A stretch of 50,100 nucleotides of DNA. Origin: a virus. Its lineage: Duplodnaviria; Caudoviricetes. Made by a program: the position numbers and the translations under genes. The notes beneath the pieces are model-generated. The model had not been told where the DNA came from. It saw only the letters and a list, made by a program, of their open reading frames with translations, and ran no database searches. The stretch covers positions 1 to 50,100 of the IMG/VR virus record IMGVR_UViG_3300025889_000174; one strand, written 5' to 3'. Below are positions 7,952-18,054 of this stretch, one piece after another. Each line of letters starts with the position of its first letter. Within the stretch, counting starts at the first letter, position 1.

Positions 7952-8888
7952 TAACAATTTGGAATGTAAAATTTGCGGAATTGATTTTGATAATTTTGAC
8001 GATTTAGAAAAACACATCGTCTCTCATAAGGTCAAAAAAGCCGATTATCTTAAACAACATTTTGATAAAAAAGATCTTTACTCGGGCGAAGATTTACAAT
8101 TTAGTAAATTTGAAAGTTATTTTACCAATTTATTTAATAACAAAAGCAACTTAAAAAAATTCTACACTGAAAACAAAAGCGATAAAGAACTATTGGAAAA
8201 AACAACCAAATATCTTTATAAACAACGACTTGCAACAAAAGGCTACAATCAATTAATTGGCGAATCTGAGTCCCGCTCCCTAATACTTCCGTCAATTCGT
8301 TACATTGAAAAGAATTACGGTTGTGAAAAATTTGCAAAAGAGTTGAATTTTGAGACGAGATTCAGTTATAATATTGATGAATTTACAAAATTGCAACCAG
8401 CGAGCGTAAGCGAGCTATTCGTTGATACTAGGGAAAAACTTCCATTGAAATTCCCAAAAGAGATTAAAACAATTTCTCAAAAACTGGATTACGGCGACTA
8501 TTCTATAAACAATGAATATGAATTGGCCATTGAAAGAAAAAGTTTGACAGATTTTGTTAATACCATGTCTGGCGGCTTTGAAAGGTTTTGCCGAGAAATA
8601 GAAGGCGCAAAAAATAAAAATAAAAATTTAGTTGTATTAGTTGAGTCCTCAATTAACTCAACTTTATCATTCGACTATAATTCCCAAATAAGAAAATATA
8701 CAAAGAGGATAAGCCCGAGTTTCGTTTTTTATAGAATGAGGGAGATTTGCAGGACTTTCGATAATGTTCAATTCTTATTTTGCAACGGGCGCAAAGAATC
8801 TTCTAAATTGATAGTAAAGTTACTTGGGATAGGTAAAGAAGTGAATTGTTTTGATTTACAGTTTTTATATTCCTCCAATCTGTTATGA
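7944..8888 (+). CDS. ERCC4/XPF-family nuclease with an N-terminal C2H2 zinc finger
   Basis: VDTREK, LDYGDY, IERKS..DF motifs; CKIC-x12-H-x3-H. Confidence 0.85.
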   Translation: MDNNNLECKICGIDFDNFDDLEKHIVSHKVKKADYLKQHFDKKDLYSGEDLQFSKFESYFTNLFNNKSNLKKFYTENKSDKELLEKTTKYLYKQRLATKGYNQLIGESESRSLILPSIRYIEKNYGCEKFAKELNFETRFSYNIDEFTKLQPASVSELFVDTREKLPLKFPKEIKTISQKLDYGDYSINNEYELAIERKSLTDFVNTMSGGFERFCREIEGAKNKNKNLVVLVESSINSTLSFDYNSQIRKYTKRISPSFVFYRMREICRTFDNVQFLFCNGRKESSKLIVKLLGIGKEVNCFDLQFLYSSNLL

Positions 8889-10777
8889 TTTATATTCCTG
8901 AAAAATACAAAAACAAAGAAGTGACAAGAATTAACCAAGAACTTCTTGAATTAAAAGGAGAGTTAGGCGATAGGCAAGCTAGAATCACTTTAGCAAAATA
9001 TCTTAGGGCGAATATAGGTATTGCCGCCGATATGTTATTGGGCGTAAGCCTTGCTGACTTCCAAACCATGCATATTAAAATGATGTTTAATAGAAATTTC
9101 ACTTTAAATGTATGGGGAAGAAGTGTATCAAAATCTTTTACGGCTAGGGTGTTTGCTATTTTGTATCTCATCTTTAACCCAGGCTCTAGGGTGCTGCTCG
9201 TCGGCCCAACCTTCCGAACCTCCAAGCTGATGTTTCATGAAATCAAAAAGATTGTGTCGTCGCCAAAGGCAACCCTCGTCCATGACCTCTTTGACGAAAA
9301 GAATAAAAAAGAAAACAATGAATTGTATACTTGGAATATTCCAATCGGGGACGCCACAAGCACCCTGATGGCCGTCCCACTGAGCGGCGACAAAATTCGT
9401 GGTCTTCGCGCCGATGTTCTTATTGTTGATGAGTTTTTATTAATTCCAAGAGATATTCTTGAGAGAGTTCTTTTCCCATTTATTCTTTCTCCACAAAACA
9501 TCACAGACCGTATGAAAATTACTGAAATCGAAAACAAGATGGTCGAAGATGGTAAATTGGAAGAAAAAGATAGAACTCAATTTGTTTCAACTTCTAAGTT
9601 AATTGGCCTGTCAAGTGCGAGCTATGAATTTGAATACCTCTATGAAGTTTATAATAATTGGGTCAATGAAATATTAAAGCCGAATAGAAATGAAGATGAA
9701 CCTACTTATTTTGTTTCAAGAATGAGTTATCGCGCCGCCCCAAAAGAAATGCTGGATCAAAAAGCGATTAAGGAAGCCTCACGCGATGAGGGGCAAGCAT
9801 TTTTCCAACGAGAATATGAGGCTAGATTTCTTGATGATTCCGATAGTTACTTTTCGGCAAAGAAAATGCATGATTGCAGAATTCCAAGTGGGGAAACCCC
9901 TAGTATGTCTCTTTTTGGTGATAAAAATAAGAAATATATTCTATCAATTGATCCGAACTTCAGTAATTCAGAAAAGGCTGACTTTTTTGCAATGACCATC
10001 ATTGAAATACATGAGGGGACCAATAAGGGAACCCTTGTTCATGCATACGGTTATGCCGGAGCATCATTAAAAGGTAACGCTCGCTATTTAAGATATCTTC
10101 TCAATAATTATAATATAGTAATGATAATTAGTGACGGGGCCGGAGCGGACCAATTTTTTGATGGCGTCAATCAATCCAAATGGTTCGCTGGTAAGGAGTT
10201 GGAAATGATCGATTTCGATTCAAATAAAAAAGGAGAGGAATACGTTGGGCAATTAAAGCAATTAAAACTCAATTACCATTTAGAAAAACGTAGAATTATA
10301 ATAAAGCAGAATTTTACTTCTAGCTCTGTTCGTGAAATGAATGAATATTTACAGGCTTGCATTGACCATAAAAGAATATGGTTTGGCTCAAAGATAAACG
10401 GCAATGATATTATTATGGATAAATATACCGCAAGTGGTTTTGAAAACAACTTCGATCTTATCCACTACTTTGATAAAGAAAATGCAACCCATAGAAATTA
10501 CGGAAAGAGAATGATAGAACTTGTTGATATTCAAGACAATATGGTTGAGCAGACAATCAAACAGTGTTCCTCTATCGTTGTAAGATCTACCCCGCAAGGC
10601 TCCCAAACCTTTGATTTGCCCCAAAATCTAAAGAGAGACACTTCCGTTAATAGGGTCCGAAAAGACAATTATTCAACCCTGATGCTTGGATGTTGGGGGT
10701 TGAAGATCTATAATGAAATGATGGAATTTAAAGGCGAGGTAAGAAGAAAAGAGGCTTTTATACCAATTCTGATATAA
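8885..10777 (+). CDS. terL: Terminase large subunit
   Basis: Walker A-like GRSVSKS, PTFR, IRGLRAD, LIVDE, LSSA, FQREYEARF, RNase H-like SIDP and C-terminal KDNYS. Confidence 0.9.
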   Translation: MIYIPEKYKNKEVTRINQELLELKGELGDRQARITLAKYLRANIGIAADMLLGVSLADFQTMHIKMMFNRNFTLNVWGRSVSKSFTARVFAILYLIFNPGSRVLLVGPTFRTSKLMFHEIKKIVSSPKATLVHDLFDEKNKKENNELYTWNIPIGDATSTLMAVPLSGDKIRGLRADVLIVDEFLLIPRDILERVLFPFILSPQNITDRMKITEIENKMVEDGKLEEKDRTQFVSTSKLIGLSSASYEFEYLYEVYNNWVNEILKPNRNEDEPTYFVSRMSYRAAPKEMLDQKAIKEASRDEGQAFFQREYEARFLDDSDSYFSAKKMHDCRIPSGETPSMSLFGDKNKKYILSIDPNFSNSEKADFFAMTIIEIHEGTNKGTLVHAYGYAGASLKGNARYLRYLLNNYNIVMIISDGAGADQFFDGVNQSKWFAGKELEMIDFDSNKKGEEYVGQLKQLKLNYHLEKRRIIIKQNFTSSSVREMNEYLQACIDHKRIWFGSKINGNDIIMDKYTASGFENNFDLIHYFDKENATHRNYGKRMIELVDIQDNMVEQTIKQCSSIVVRSTPQGSQTFDLPQNLKRDTSVNRVRKDNYSTLMLGCWGLKIYNEMMEFKGEVRRKEAFIPILI

Positions 10778-10786
10778 AACCTAACT

Positions 10787-10841
10787 GTGTAAAATTATAT
10801 AACAAAAAAAACATTAAAAATTTAAAAAATCAGGTATAAGG
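10787..10841 (+). promoter_or_regulatory. GTGTAAAA late-promoter motif plus AGGTATAAGG leader motif
   Basis: GTGTAA at 10787-10792 and AGGTATAAGG at 10832-10841, upstream of the portal gene. Confidence 0.55.
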
Positions 10842-10842
10842 A

Positions 10843-12792
10843 ATGAGCAGAACTGTTAAACAAGAAAAACCAAGATTAGAAACCGTTGGATATGCTGACT
10901 TGGGCAGCCAAGACACCGAAGTCAAGGCGTCTAGAACCACTCCAAATGCCACAACGACAAGGAGAAATAGGTCTTCTACCATACATCGTCTTGATAGGTT
11001 TAAAAATATCGATGATGGCGTCATCCCTTTTCGCAGGAATAACAATACCTACACAAATACTTCCAATTTAGACGTTTCTGACACAATTATACTTTGTCAA
11101 AAGGCTTATTACAACATCTCTATATTTAGAAATACTATTGATTTGATGTCTGAGTTTTCTTCAGATGATATTTATTTAACTGGAGGAAGTAAGAAAGCGA
11201 AAAGTTTTTTTGAGGCGTGGTTAAAGAAAATTAACATCTGGGATCTTCAAGATCAGTTTTTTAGAGAATATTATAGATCAGGCAACGTTGTATTATTTAG
11301 ATATGATACAAAAATTAAAGATTCTGATATTTTTAAAATTACCCAAACTTTTGGCTTGGCTAAAGCCTCTAACATGAAAATTCCTTCAAAGTATGTTATA
11401 TTGAATCCCGCCGAAATTAAAGCTGGAGAAAATATCTCATTTGAAAATGGCCGATTTTACAAAGAATTAACCGATTATGAAGTTCATGTTTTGGCCAATC
11501 AAGAGACTCAGGAAGCAAAAGATGTCTTGGATAGTTTAGATCCAGAGGTCAGAGAAAAGATTTTAAAATACAAGGGGACAACCAAAGGGTCTAAAGAGGT
11601 TATCAGTATAGAGCTGCCGCCTGAAAAAATTAAAGCAGTCTTTTATAAAAAACAAGATTACGAACCAATGGCAATTCCAATGGGTTATCCTGTTCTTGAA
11701 GATATTAACTGGAAGTTGGAGTTGAAAAAAATGGACATGGCGATTACTAGGACTGTCCAGCAAGCCGTCCTTTTGATTACCGTCGGCGATGAAGAAAACG
11801 GGGTTGATCAAAAACAAGTCAATCAGCTTCAGGAATTATTTAAAAATGAATCCGTTGGCCGAGTCTTGGTATCCGATTATACAACTAAAGCGAGTTTCGT
11901 CATTCCTGAAATTGCCCACATTCTCGATCCCAAAAAGTATGAAATTGTAGATCGTGATATTAAACTTGGTCTTAACAATATTATTTTGGGAGAAGAGAAA
12001 TTTTCATCCACCACTACTAAGGCCCAAATTTTTATCGAAAGATTAACGCAAGCAAGAGAATCATTTCTCAATAACTTCCTCATTCCAGAATTTAAGAGAA
12101 TTGCAAAAGAACTCGGCTTTAAAAACTATCCAACTCCAAAATTTGTTGAAATCGCATTAACTACCAATGTTAATCAGTCTAGGGTGATTACTCGATTGGT
12201 TGAACTTGGTATTTTGACAAATACAGAGGGTGTCCAAGCTATTCAAACTGGCCGATTCCCGTCCGAAGAGGAGTCCATAGAAAACCAGAAGAAATACAAG
12301 GAGCTGCGAAATAAAGGGCTTTATGAACCGTTGATAGGTGGCGGCAAAGGAGACCAGAAAGGGCGTCCTGACGGCACTCCAGAGGGCGGCAGGGACAAGG
12401 CTGGGCAAAATGCGTCTCCTGCCGGAGGGGGCGAATCTAGCGCATCATCTATCAATTACAGTTTAACAACATTTGCAGAAAAATTTAAAAACTCTATCGC
12501 TTGTGAAAAATTGGTTGAAAAACTTTATAAAAGCACCAAGAAGGTGAAAAAACTTAATGACATTCATAGATTTAATATTGAATCTATCGCTTCTATCGTC
12601 TTCGCTAACGAAGATAGTGACAATTGGCTAAATGAAGATTTAATAAATGGTTATATAAGCGAACCATTTGATAAAAATCATGATAAGGTCATGAAAGTCA
12701 ATGAAGTGGCTGCCCACCATCAAATTGATCCAAAAATGGCAGCGATTCTAATTGAAAGCGAAATAAAAAAAGAAGAAGAAGAAGAAGAGTAA
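10843..12792 (+). CDS. Portal protein
   Basis: Follows terL; FRNTIDLM, FFREYYRSGNV, KKQDYEP.A.P and C-terminal GRP motifs typical of large-phage portals. Confidence 0.8.
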   Translation: MSRTVKQEKPRLETVGYADLGSQDTEVKASRTTPNATTTRRNRSSTIHRLDRFKNIDDGVIPFRRNNNTYTNTSNLDVSDTIILCQKAYYNISIFRNTIDLMSEFSSDDIYLTGGSKKAKSFFEAWLKKINIWDLQDQFFREYYRSGNVVLFRYDTKIKDSDIFKITQTFGLAKASNMKIPSKYVILNPAEIKAGENISFENGRFYKELTDYEVHVLANQETQEAKDVLDSLDPEVREKILKYKGTTKGSKEVISIELPPEKIKAVFYKKQDYEPMAIPMGYPVLEDINWKLELKKMDMAITRTVQQAVLLITVGDEENGVDQKQVNQLQELFKNESVGRVLVSDYTTKASFVIPEIAHILDPKKYEIVDRDIKLGLNNIILGEEKFSSTTTKAQIFIERLTQARESFLNNFLIPEFKRIAKELGFKNYPTPKFVEIALTTNVNQSRVITRLVELGILTNTEGVQAIQTGRFPSEEESIENQKKYKELRNKGLYEPLIGGGKGDQKGRPDGTPEGGRDKAGQNASPAGGGESSASSINYSLTTFAEKFKNSIACEKLVEKLYKSTKKVKKLNDIHRFNIESIASIVFANEDSDNWLNEDLINGYISEPFDKNHDKVMKVNEVAAHHQIDPKMAAILIESEIKKEEEEEE

Positions 12793-12794
12793 TA

Positions 12795-14516
12795 ATGTCT
12801 CGAAACCGCATCATTTATAATTCAGAAGGACTTTATGTTGGCCCCGCTCCGAGTAGCGGCCACCATTTTATGACCTATGATGGCCAATTAAACAATGTCG
12901 CCGAAGACACCTCTTATGAAGTTGATGTTAATGGGGATTATTATGGTCGCGGAGATGCTTTTACAAGTGCTTTTTATGAATCTTACACACCGGATTCTCC
13001 AGTGGGGGCAGTATCTTATTCTGACCAAATTAAAGATAAGAATATAATAACCTACAATAGAAATTATAATTTAATACAAAAACTAGATAGAGTGCAATCT
13101 ATCTCCTATGATATAAATTATCAACGAACCAACATTTCTCAATTAAATAAATTAGGGACAGTTGCAGATCCTATTATTTCCAATCCCGTAGTCAATTTAA
13201 CTTTTAATTATTTAATCAATGGAATAAGAAATGAACATAGATTGGGAATGAATGTCAACTTCCCAATGTTTCAATATCCATTTGATGGTCAACCTTACTA
13301 TTCTGGAAATAAAGTGTTTTTGTTTTCTGGAATGTCTGAACAGGATTATTTAAAAAATAAAACCGAACATGTTAGGGGTGAAAACTGGGATATTAATAAA
13401 TTTTCTGGAAGGGCTTTTTCTACTTATACAGGAGCGTCTTGGCAGCAGACTGGATTGGTTCCATTTGATGTGAATGATGATGTCGAGCGCGCTCGACGTT
13501 ATTACATTCAAGATAATGCCCCAATGTATCCCTTTCTTTATAGAGATAAGAGGAACTTTTTTGTAAATATTTCCCCAGAGGGAGTTGATGAAGGAACTGG
13601 AGTTTATTTTGAAGAAAATATAAACCAGCCCTTTAATCAAAATTTATTTAATAATTTGAATGCCGCGACCAATCAAGTTATGGGTTTCGGCGACTGTCAA
13701 ATGGTCTCTTATCAATGTGGGGCCGCCGTGGGCTCGTTTGCTCAGGCAAGCGTTAGTTATGTCGGCAATAATGTCACCTTTTATGACGCCGCAAGCGGCG
13801 AAAATATCCCAGCCGTTTACCCAAAAGATGGCGAGCCAATGACTGGAAAATTTACAATTCCAGAAAGTATGAGGCTGAATGGCATTTCTGTTATTAGAAA
13901 TGGCGACATTCAATTAAATATTCAATCTTCCAATTTGGGAACAAAATTAACTGGTATTAATTTGCAGTCTTATAGTTTTTCCATTAATTTGGAAAGGTCG
14001 GAATTGAAAAGCCTCGGCCACCAATTTCCTATTGATCGTCCTATTAATTTCCCAATTTTTATGCAGGGTCAATTTACGGCTATTGTAAATGGTTACGATA
14101 CTGGCAGTTTTATTGATTTAACAAGGGAAGACAAGATTTTAAATTTAGACATTAATGTTGCAAAACCTGCTTGCGATGAGTGGCTTAATCAATATCATAC
14201 TGGGGCTTTTTATCAAGGTGTGCCTTATAGCACTGATTATAATATTTTAAATTATACAATTAATAAGGCCAAAATTACAAGCGTCAGTGAGTCACTGACT
14301 ATAGGTTCCAACAAATCAGCTACGATAACATTTAGCGCCGAATTAAACCCAGAAGATTTAACAAAAGGTTTTTTCATCAGTGGGCTGCACAATACAGAAA
14401 GAATTTTTAATTATTTAAAGGTTGACAATGCTGAAGGTGGCATTGGCAGCGGAGACGGGATGTTTTTACTCACTGAAGAAGGTGAGCCGATTATCTGCGA
14501 CTGGGCATACGTGTAA
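12795..14516 (+). CDS. Virion structural protein, tail-tube-like with insertions
   Basis: Beta-rich with two similar halves (VQSISYDINYQRTNISQL / LQSYSFSINLERSELKSL). Confidence 0.55.
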   Translation: MSRNRIIYNSEGLYVGPAPSSGHHFMTYDGQLNNVAEDTSYEVDVNGDYYGRGDAFTSAFYESYTPDSPVGAVSYSDQIKDKNIITYNRNYNLIQKLDRVQSISYDINYQRTNISQLNKLGTVADPIISNPVVNLTFNYLINGIRNEHRLGMNVNFPMFQYPFDGQPYYSGNKVFLFSGMSEQDYLKNKTEHVRGENWDINKFSGRAFSTYTGASWQQTGLVPFDVNDDVERARRYYIQDNAPMYPFLYRDKRNFFVNISPEGVDEGTGVYFEENINQPFNQNLFNNLNAATNQVMGFGDCQMVSYQCGAAVGSFAQASVSYVGNNVTFYDAASGENIPAVYPKDGEPMTGKFTIPESMRLNGISVIRNGDIQLNIQSSNLGTKLTGINLQSYSFSINLERSELKSLGHQFPIDRPINFPIFMQGQFTAIVNGYDTGSFIDLTREDKILNLDINVAKPACDEWLNQYHTGAFYQGVPYSTDYNILNYTINKAKITSVSESLTIGSNKSATITFSAELNPEDLTKGFFISGLHNTERIFNYLKVDNAEGGIGSGDGMFLLTEEGEPIICDWAYV

Positions 14517-14537
14517 AAATAATAAACAGGAATAAGG
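14511..14537 (+). promoter_or_regulatory. GTGTAAAA motif plus AGGAATAAGG leader motif
   Basis: GTGTAA at 14511-14516 (overlaps the upstream stop) and AGGAATAAGG at 14528-14537. Confidence 0.5.
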
Positions 14538-14546
14538 ATTTAAAAA

Positions 14547-15956
14547 ATGGTACCATCAGGACAAGGAAGAAGAGTAGGAGAACTTTTAGAAACAATCAAT
14601 GTGTTTTCTGGCTGGCTATTGCCAGTTTTGGGTAGTGGCAGCCTTTATAAAGCTACATTAGATACTGTTTTTCGCTATCATAACAACGCTTATTATCTTG
14701 GTGACAATGCAGATCCTTTGGCTACAGATGTTTACGGAAACCAATATGGGCGCTACCATTTTTCTACTAATAATTTTGGAATTTCTGGAAATCCTCTCGC
14801 CCATTTTCGATTGGAGCAAACCGAAGTAAATATTTCTAAGAGCGGTTCTCAAACTCCATCTCCCTTTAACGGAGAAACCCTTTATAGCGGAGCGACAATG
14901 CCAGCCGCCCTTATTCTGGAAAATTTGGCCGCAGTGGACAACTCCTATGTTATATTCGGGTCTAAAGGAACCGGACATAATATGGGCGCTCATATCGATT
15001 TCATTCAAACAGGCGAAGATGAGGACGCCTTTGGGATCGGTTTCTTTACTAGGACTCCCATTGCTAATAACACTCGGCAATCTTCTTATCTTTCTGACTT
15101 AGGTTATATGGATATTGGAAGTGGGAGAAATGGCGATGCTGCAATTCGTATAATGGGAACTGGAGGCCATGAGCAAACAACTTTTCGTATCCAAAACAAC
15201 AATAATGCCAATTTTAGAATAAAAGCCAAAGACGATACAAGTTCCACAAATTGGATGTTTAGTGGTGGCAACAACCAGTCTATGTCCTTTGAACTTGGCG
15301 GCAATGAAGTTTTTAAACTATTGGGGACCAATAAACATATAGGATTTAATACTAATACTGTTGATGTTAGCGGTTATCAATTCAATGGTGAAATGCTTGT
15401 CACGGGCAATCTGTTGGTGGAAAACAGTGGAATCACTATTGCTCCAAATTGGATTAGACCTCAAGCCAATTTACATATCAGCGGGTCTGGGTTTGCTGGA
15501 GCTGGCGATGGTATAAAAATTCAATCTACCCAAGATGCTTTTCTCAGACTTGAAGCCGACATTAATGACAATCCAGAGGGCGACAATGCTTATATTTTAA
15601 TGACTCAAGATGGAGGTTTGACATCTGGATTTTTTGGTTTGTGCAGTGGGGCAAATACCGGACCACTAGGAATCGTATCTGGAGTCAATGCAAATTCATT
15701 AATTATACAAAATAAAGTGGCAGCCGGAGTGAATGGGGTTGGCGGTCTTCATTTGGCAACACAGAATAAAGTTTGGGCAACATTAACTACTGGCGGATTT
15801 ATGGGAGTCGGAGGTATTACCACCCCTTCAGGAACTTTTCACATAAGCGGGTCTGGTGTGTTTATTGATTACGACAATTTGAACGCTGGTAATCCGAATA
15901 TCAAAGGGCAAATCTACCGAGATGGATCAAACGCACTTTATGTGAGCGCTGGTTAA
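14547..15956 (+). CDS. Tail fibre/spike-like structural protein
   Basis: Gly/Asn/Thr-rich with fibre-type segments (GFMGVGGITTPSGTFHISGSG, P.ANLHISGSG). Confidence 0.7.
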   Translation: MVPSGQGRRVGELLETINVFSGWLLPVLGSGSLYKATLDTVFRYHNNAYYLGDNADPLATDVYGNQYGRYHFSTNNFGISGNPLAHFRLEQTEVNISKSGSQTPSPFNGETLYSGATMPAALILENLAAVDNSYVIFGSKGTGHNMGAHIDFIQTGEDEDAFGIGFFTRTPIANNTRQSSYLSDLGYMDIGSGRNGDAAIRIMGTGGHEQTTFRIQNNNNANFRIKAKDDTSSTNWMFSGGNNQSMSFELGGNEVFKLLGTNKHIGFNTNTVDVSGYQFNGEMLVTGNLLVENSGITIAPNWIRPQANLHISGSGFAGAGDGIKIQSTQDAFLRLEADINDNPEGDNAYILMTQDGGLTSGFFGLCSGANTGPLGIVSGVNANSLIIQNKVAAGVNGVGGLHLATQNKVWATLTTGGFMGVGGITTPSGTFHISGSGVFIDYDNLNAGNPNIKGQIYRDGSNALYVSAG

Positions 15957-16038
15957 AGAATGGCCATTTGTTTCATGCGAGCTGCAAACCCTGTTGCAGG
16001 ATCTCCCTGCACACCATACTGGCCAAATTGTTAAACGA

Positions 16039-16893
16039 TTATTTATTTAGGGCGTCATTCAACTTCCCAAGAAGATAAAAGGCGTCATTCTTTGGAATGT
16101 CTTCTAACGATGACCAATTTTCGCAACCTTTAAACTCTCGATCTTTGGCATTCGCGCACTTTGTTTTCAGTTTCTCAAAAGACAATTTTAATTTGCCCAT
16201 TACGGTTCGCAATGGTTCATAAATGTCATTTGTTTCGATTTTACCACCGTCCTGATCGGCCTGATTGGAGGCAATTTTATCAGATAGCTCCTCATGAGAA
16301 ACAATATTAATGCCGAGAAATGATCGGACGGCTCTACAGAAACTTCTATTCTCACTCTGCTCTCCTAAGTAATTAATCATAAAAGACTTAGAATTATCCA
16401 AATGAGAAGTTGACACCGCCGACATTGAAACTTCTCGACCTTCCGTTTCATAATTTGGAATCCAATCAATATCACAAGTAACTACAACGTAATGTTGTGA
16501 AGGACAAGTTACATTATATTTAATTGATTTAAAACCTCTAATCTGTGCAAGCTCTCTCAAGCCGCCAAGTTTAATAACGAGTTGATCATCCCTCAATTTG
16601 GTAATATCAGTTTCGCTAGTTTTATCCTTGTTTGCATAAAGATATTGAGGATCGACCATCGCTCGCCAATCTACGAAACCATTTTCCTTGTATTTATAAT
16701 CGACATTATTAAGAAGGCCATAGGCATTACGACACAACACAATCGGAGGCGTTGCTACATTTGATTTTTCCACAAGCTCTTCTTGAGTTTGAATATTTGG
16801 TTGAGTGTTTTCATCAACAATCGACTCTGAAACGGTTTCATTGTCGTTATTAACTACTTCTTCTTTTGCTTCTGTTTTTTTCTTGCGTGGCAT
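16039..16893 (-). CDS. Putative single-strand annealing protein (Rad52/Sak-like)
   Basis: SENRSFCRAVRSFLGINI resembles the Rad52-type helix motif; adjacent to the ligase. Confidence 0.5.
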   Translation of the reverse strand: MPRKKKTEAKEEVVNNDNETVSESIVDENTQPNIQTQEELVEKSNVATPPIVLCRNAYGLLNNVDYKYKENGFVDWRAMVDPQYLYANKDKTSETDITKLRDDQLVIKLGGLRELAQIRGFKSIKYNVTCPSQHYVVVTCDIDWIPNYETEGREVSMSAVSTSHLDNSKSFMINYLGEQSENRSFCRAVRSFLGINIVSHEELSDKIASNQADQDGGKIETNDIYEPLRTVMGKLKLSFEKLKTKCANAKDREFKGCENWSSLEDIPKNDAFYLLGKLNDALNK

Positions 16894-16914
16894 ACTATTT
16901 TATTTTTCTTTATT

Positions 16915-18054
16915 TTATCTTTTAAAACAATTGTTAATATCTATTCTGGCAAAATTGGGTATTTTCAACCCTGTTAAGCCATTATATATGAAAGTGACCT
17001 CTTTGTCAAGCCAATTCCCCTTATTTTCTAAAACTTCTTTTAGTTGTTTCTGTGACCCTTTGAAGGTCGCATCAAATATTTTGTCGCCCCATTTTAATGT
17101 AGCAGTTTTTGCAACCCCAGACCAATTACCTTTACCCTCAATAACATCGGTAATTATAGCTTCTGAGTCGTCTTCAGGTTTTATTTTCAACAAATATTTA
17201 CTTCTCTTATTTTCATAGCCTTTTTCGATATTTCTCAGAATTATACCTTCATGGCCTTCTTCTACAAACGCTTCATAAACATCATCCAATCCCTTTTGGT
17301 TTTTTATTGGAAAGTCTCTGACACGCGCCATATAATCATACAAATTGGTGACATTTTTATCTAACCAGTATTTTCTTTTTTGATAAGGTGTTTTAACACC
17401 GTGCCCATCAAAGGAATACCCATCATAAATATAAAATCTAACCAATTCTTTACTCTTGTCAAGGTCTTCTTGTGTGATGTGTTTGGTTTTTCTTACAAGT
17501 TTGCTGATTTCATTGAGTTGCTGACGCAATTCGGAATTAAATAATTCGCCGTCAAGAACGGCATCGGGATATTCTTTGAAGAATGGCCGCAAAGAATTAT
17601 GAATATGTGGCACGCTTAAATATTCCTCCCCCTTTCTTGTAAATAAACCATTTTTAATGGCGACACACCTCATTCCATTGAACTTACATTGAGCAATCCA
17701 ATTTTCTTTAGCGAAATCAATCTTATGAGAGTAATTTTTATAATTTTTGGCAAGCATCGGCTGAACAAAAGAGTCCTTGGCTTCGCTAACCCTTCTAATA
17801 TCATCTGTGTAGCCAGTTTTTTGCTTTTTGGTATACTTGGCCTCAATCTCTAATTGCGCTTGTTCTACGGATGTTGTGGCGTTTGATTTGCCAATATTTT
17901 TAGGGGATGCTTTCGTATATTTACTTTGGACAATCGCCCCGCCATCTAATCCAGAAAAGAAACAAAATTTATCATCATCTTGCTCTGCCCACCAAACGCG
18001 GATTGAGTTTGTAGAATCCTTTTTATAGAGTTTTTTGTAAGTTTTTTTACTCAT
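16915..18054 (-). CDS. ATP-dependent DNA ligase
   Basis: PMLA, motif I KFNGMR, LDGEL, YIYD, EGIILR, YENKRS..LLKIK. Confidence 0.92.
   Translation of the reverse strand: MSKKTYKKLYKKDSTNSIRVWWAEQDDDKFCFFSGLDGGAIVQSKYTKASPKNIGKSNATTSVEQAQLEIEAKYTKKQKTGYTDDIRRVSEAKDSFVQPMLAKNYKNYSHKIDFAKENWIAQCKFNGMRCVAIKNGLFTRKGEEYLSVPHIHNSLRPFFKEYPDAVLDGELFNSELRQQLNEISKLVRKTKHITQEDLDKSKELVRFYIYDGYSFDGHGVKTPYQKRKYWLDKNVTNLYDYMARVRDFPIKNQKGLDDVYEAFVEEGHEGIILRNIEKGYENKRSKYLLKIKPEDDSEAIITDVIEGKGNWSGVAKTATLKWGDKIFDATFKGSQKQLKEVLENKGNWLDKEVTFIYNGLTGLKIPNFARIDINNCFKR

Noticed and set aside
15960-16025. tRNA-like element with GGCCA...TGGCCA ends on the minus strand
   Set aside because: Too short, with no T-loop (GTTC) or proper D and anticodon arms
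17654-17690. Ligase motif I KFNG instead of KxDG as a sign of inactivation
   Set aside because: The catalytic Lys and all other motifs are intact, and KxNG variants occur in active nucleotidyltransferases
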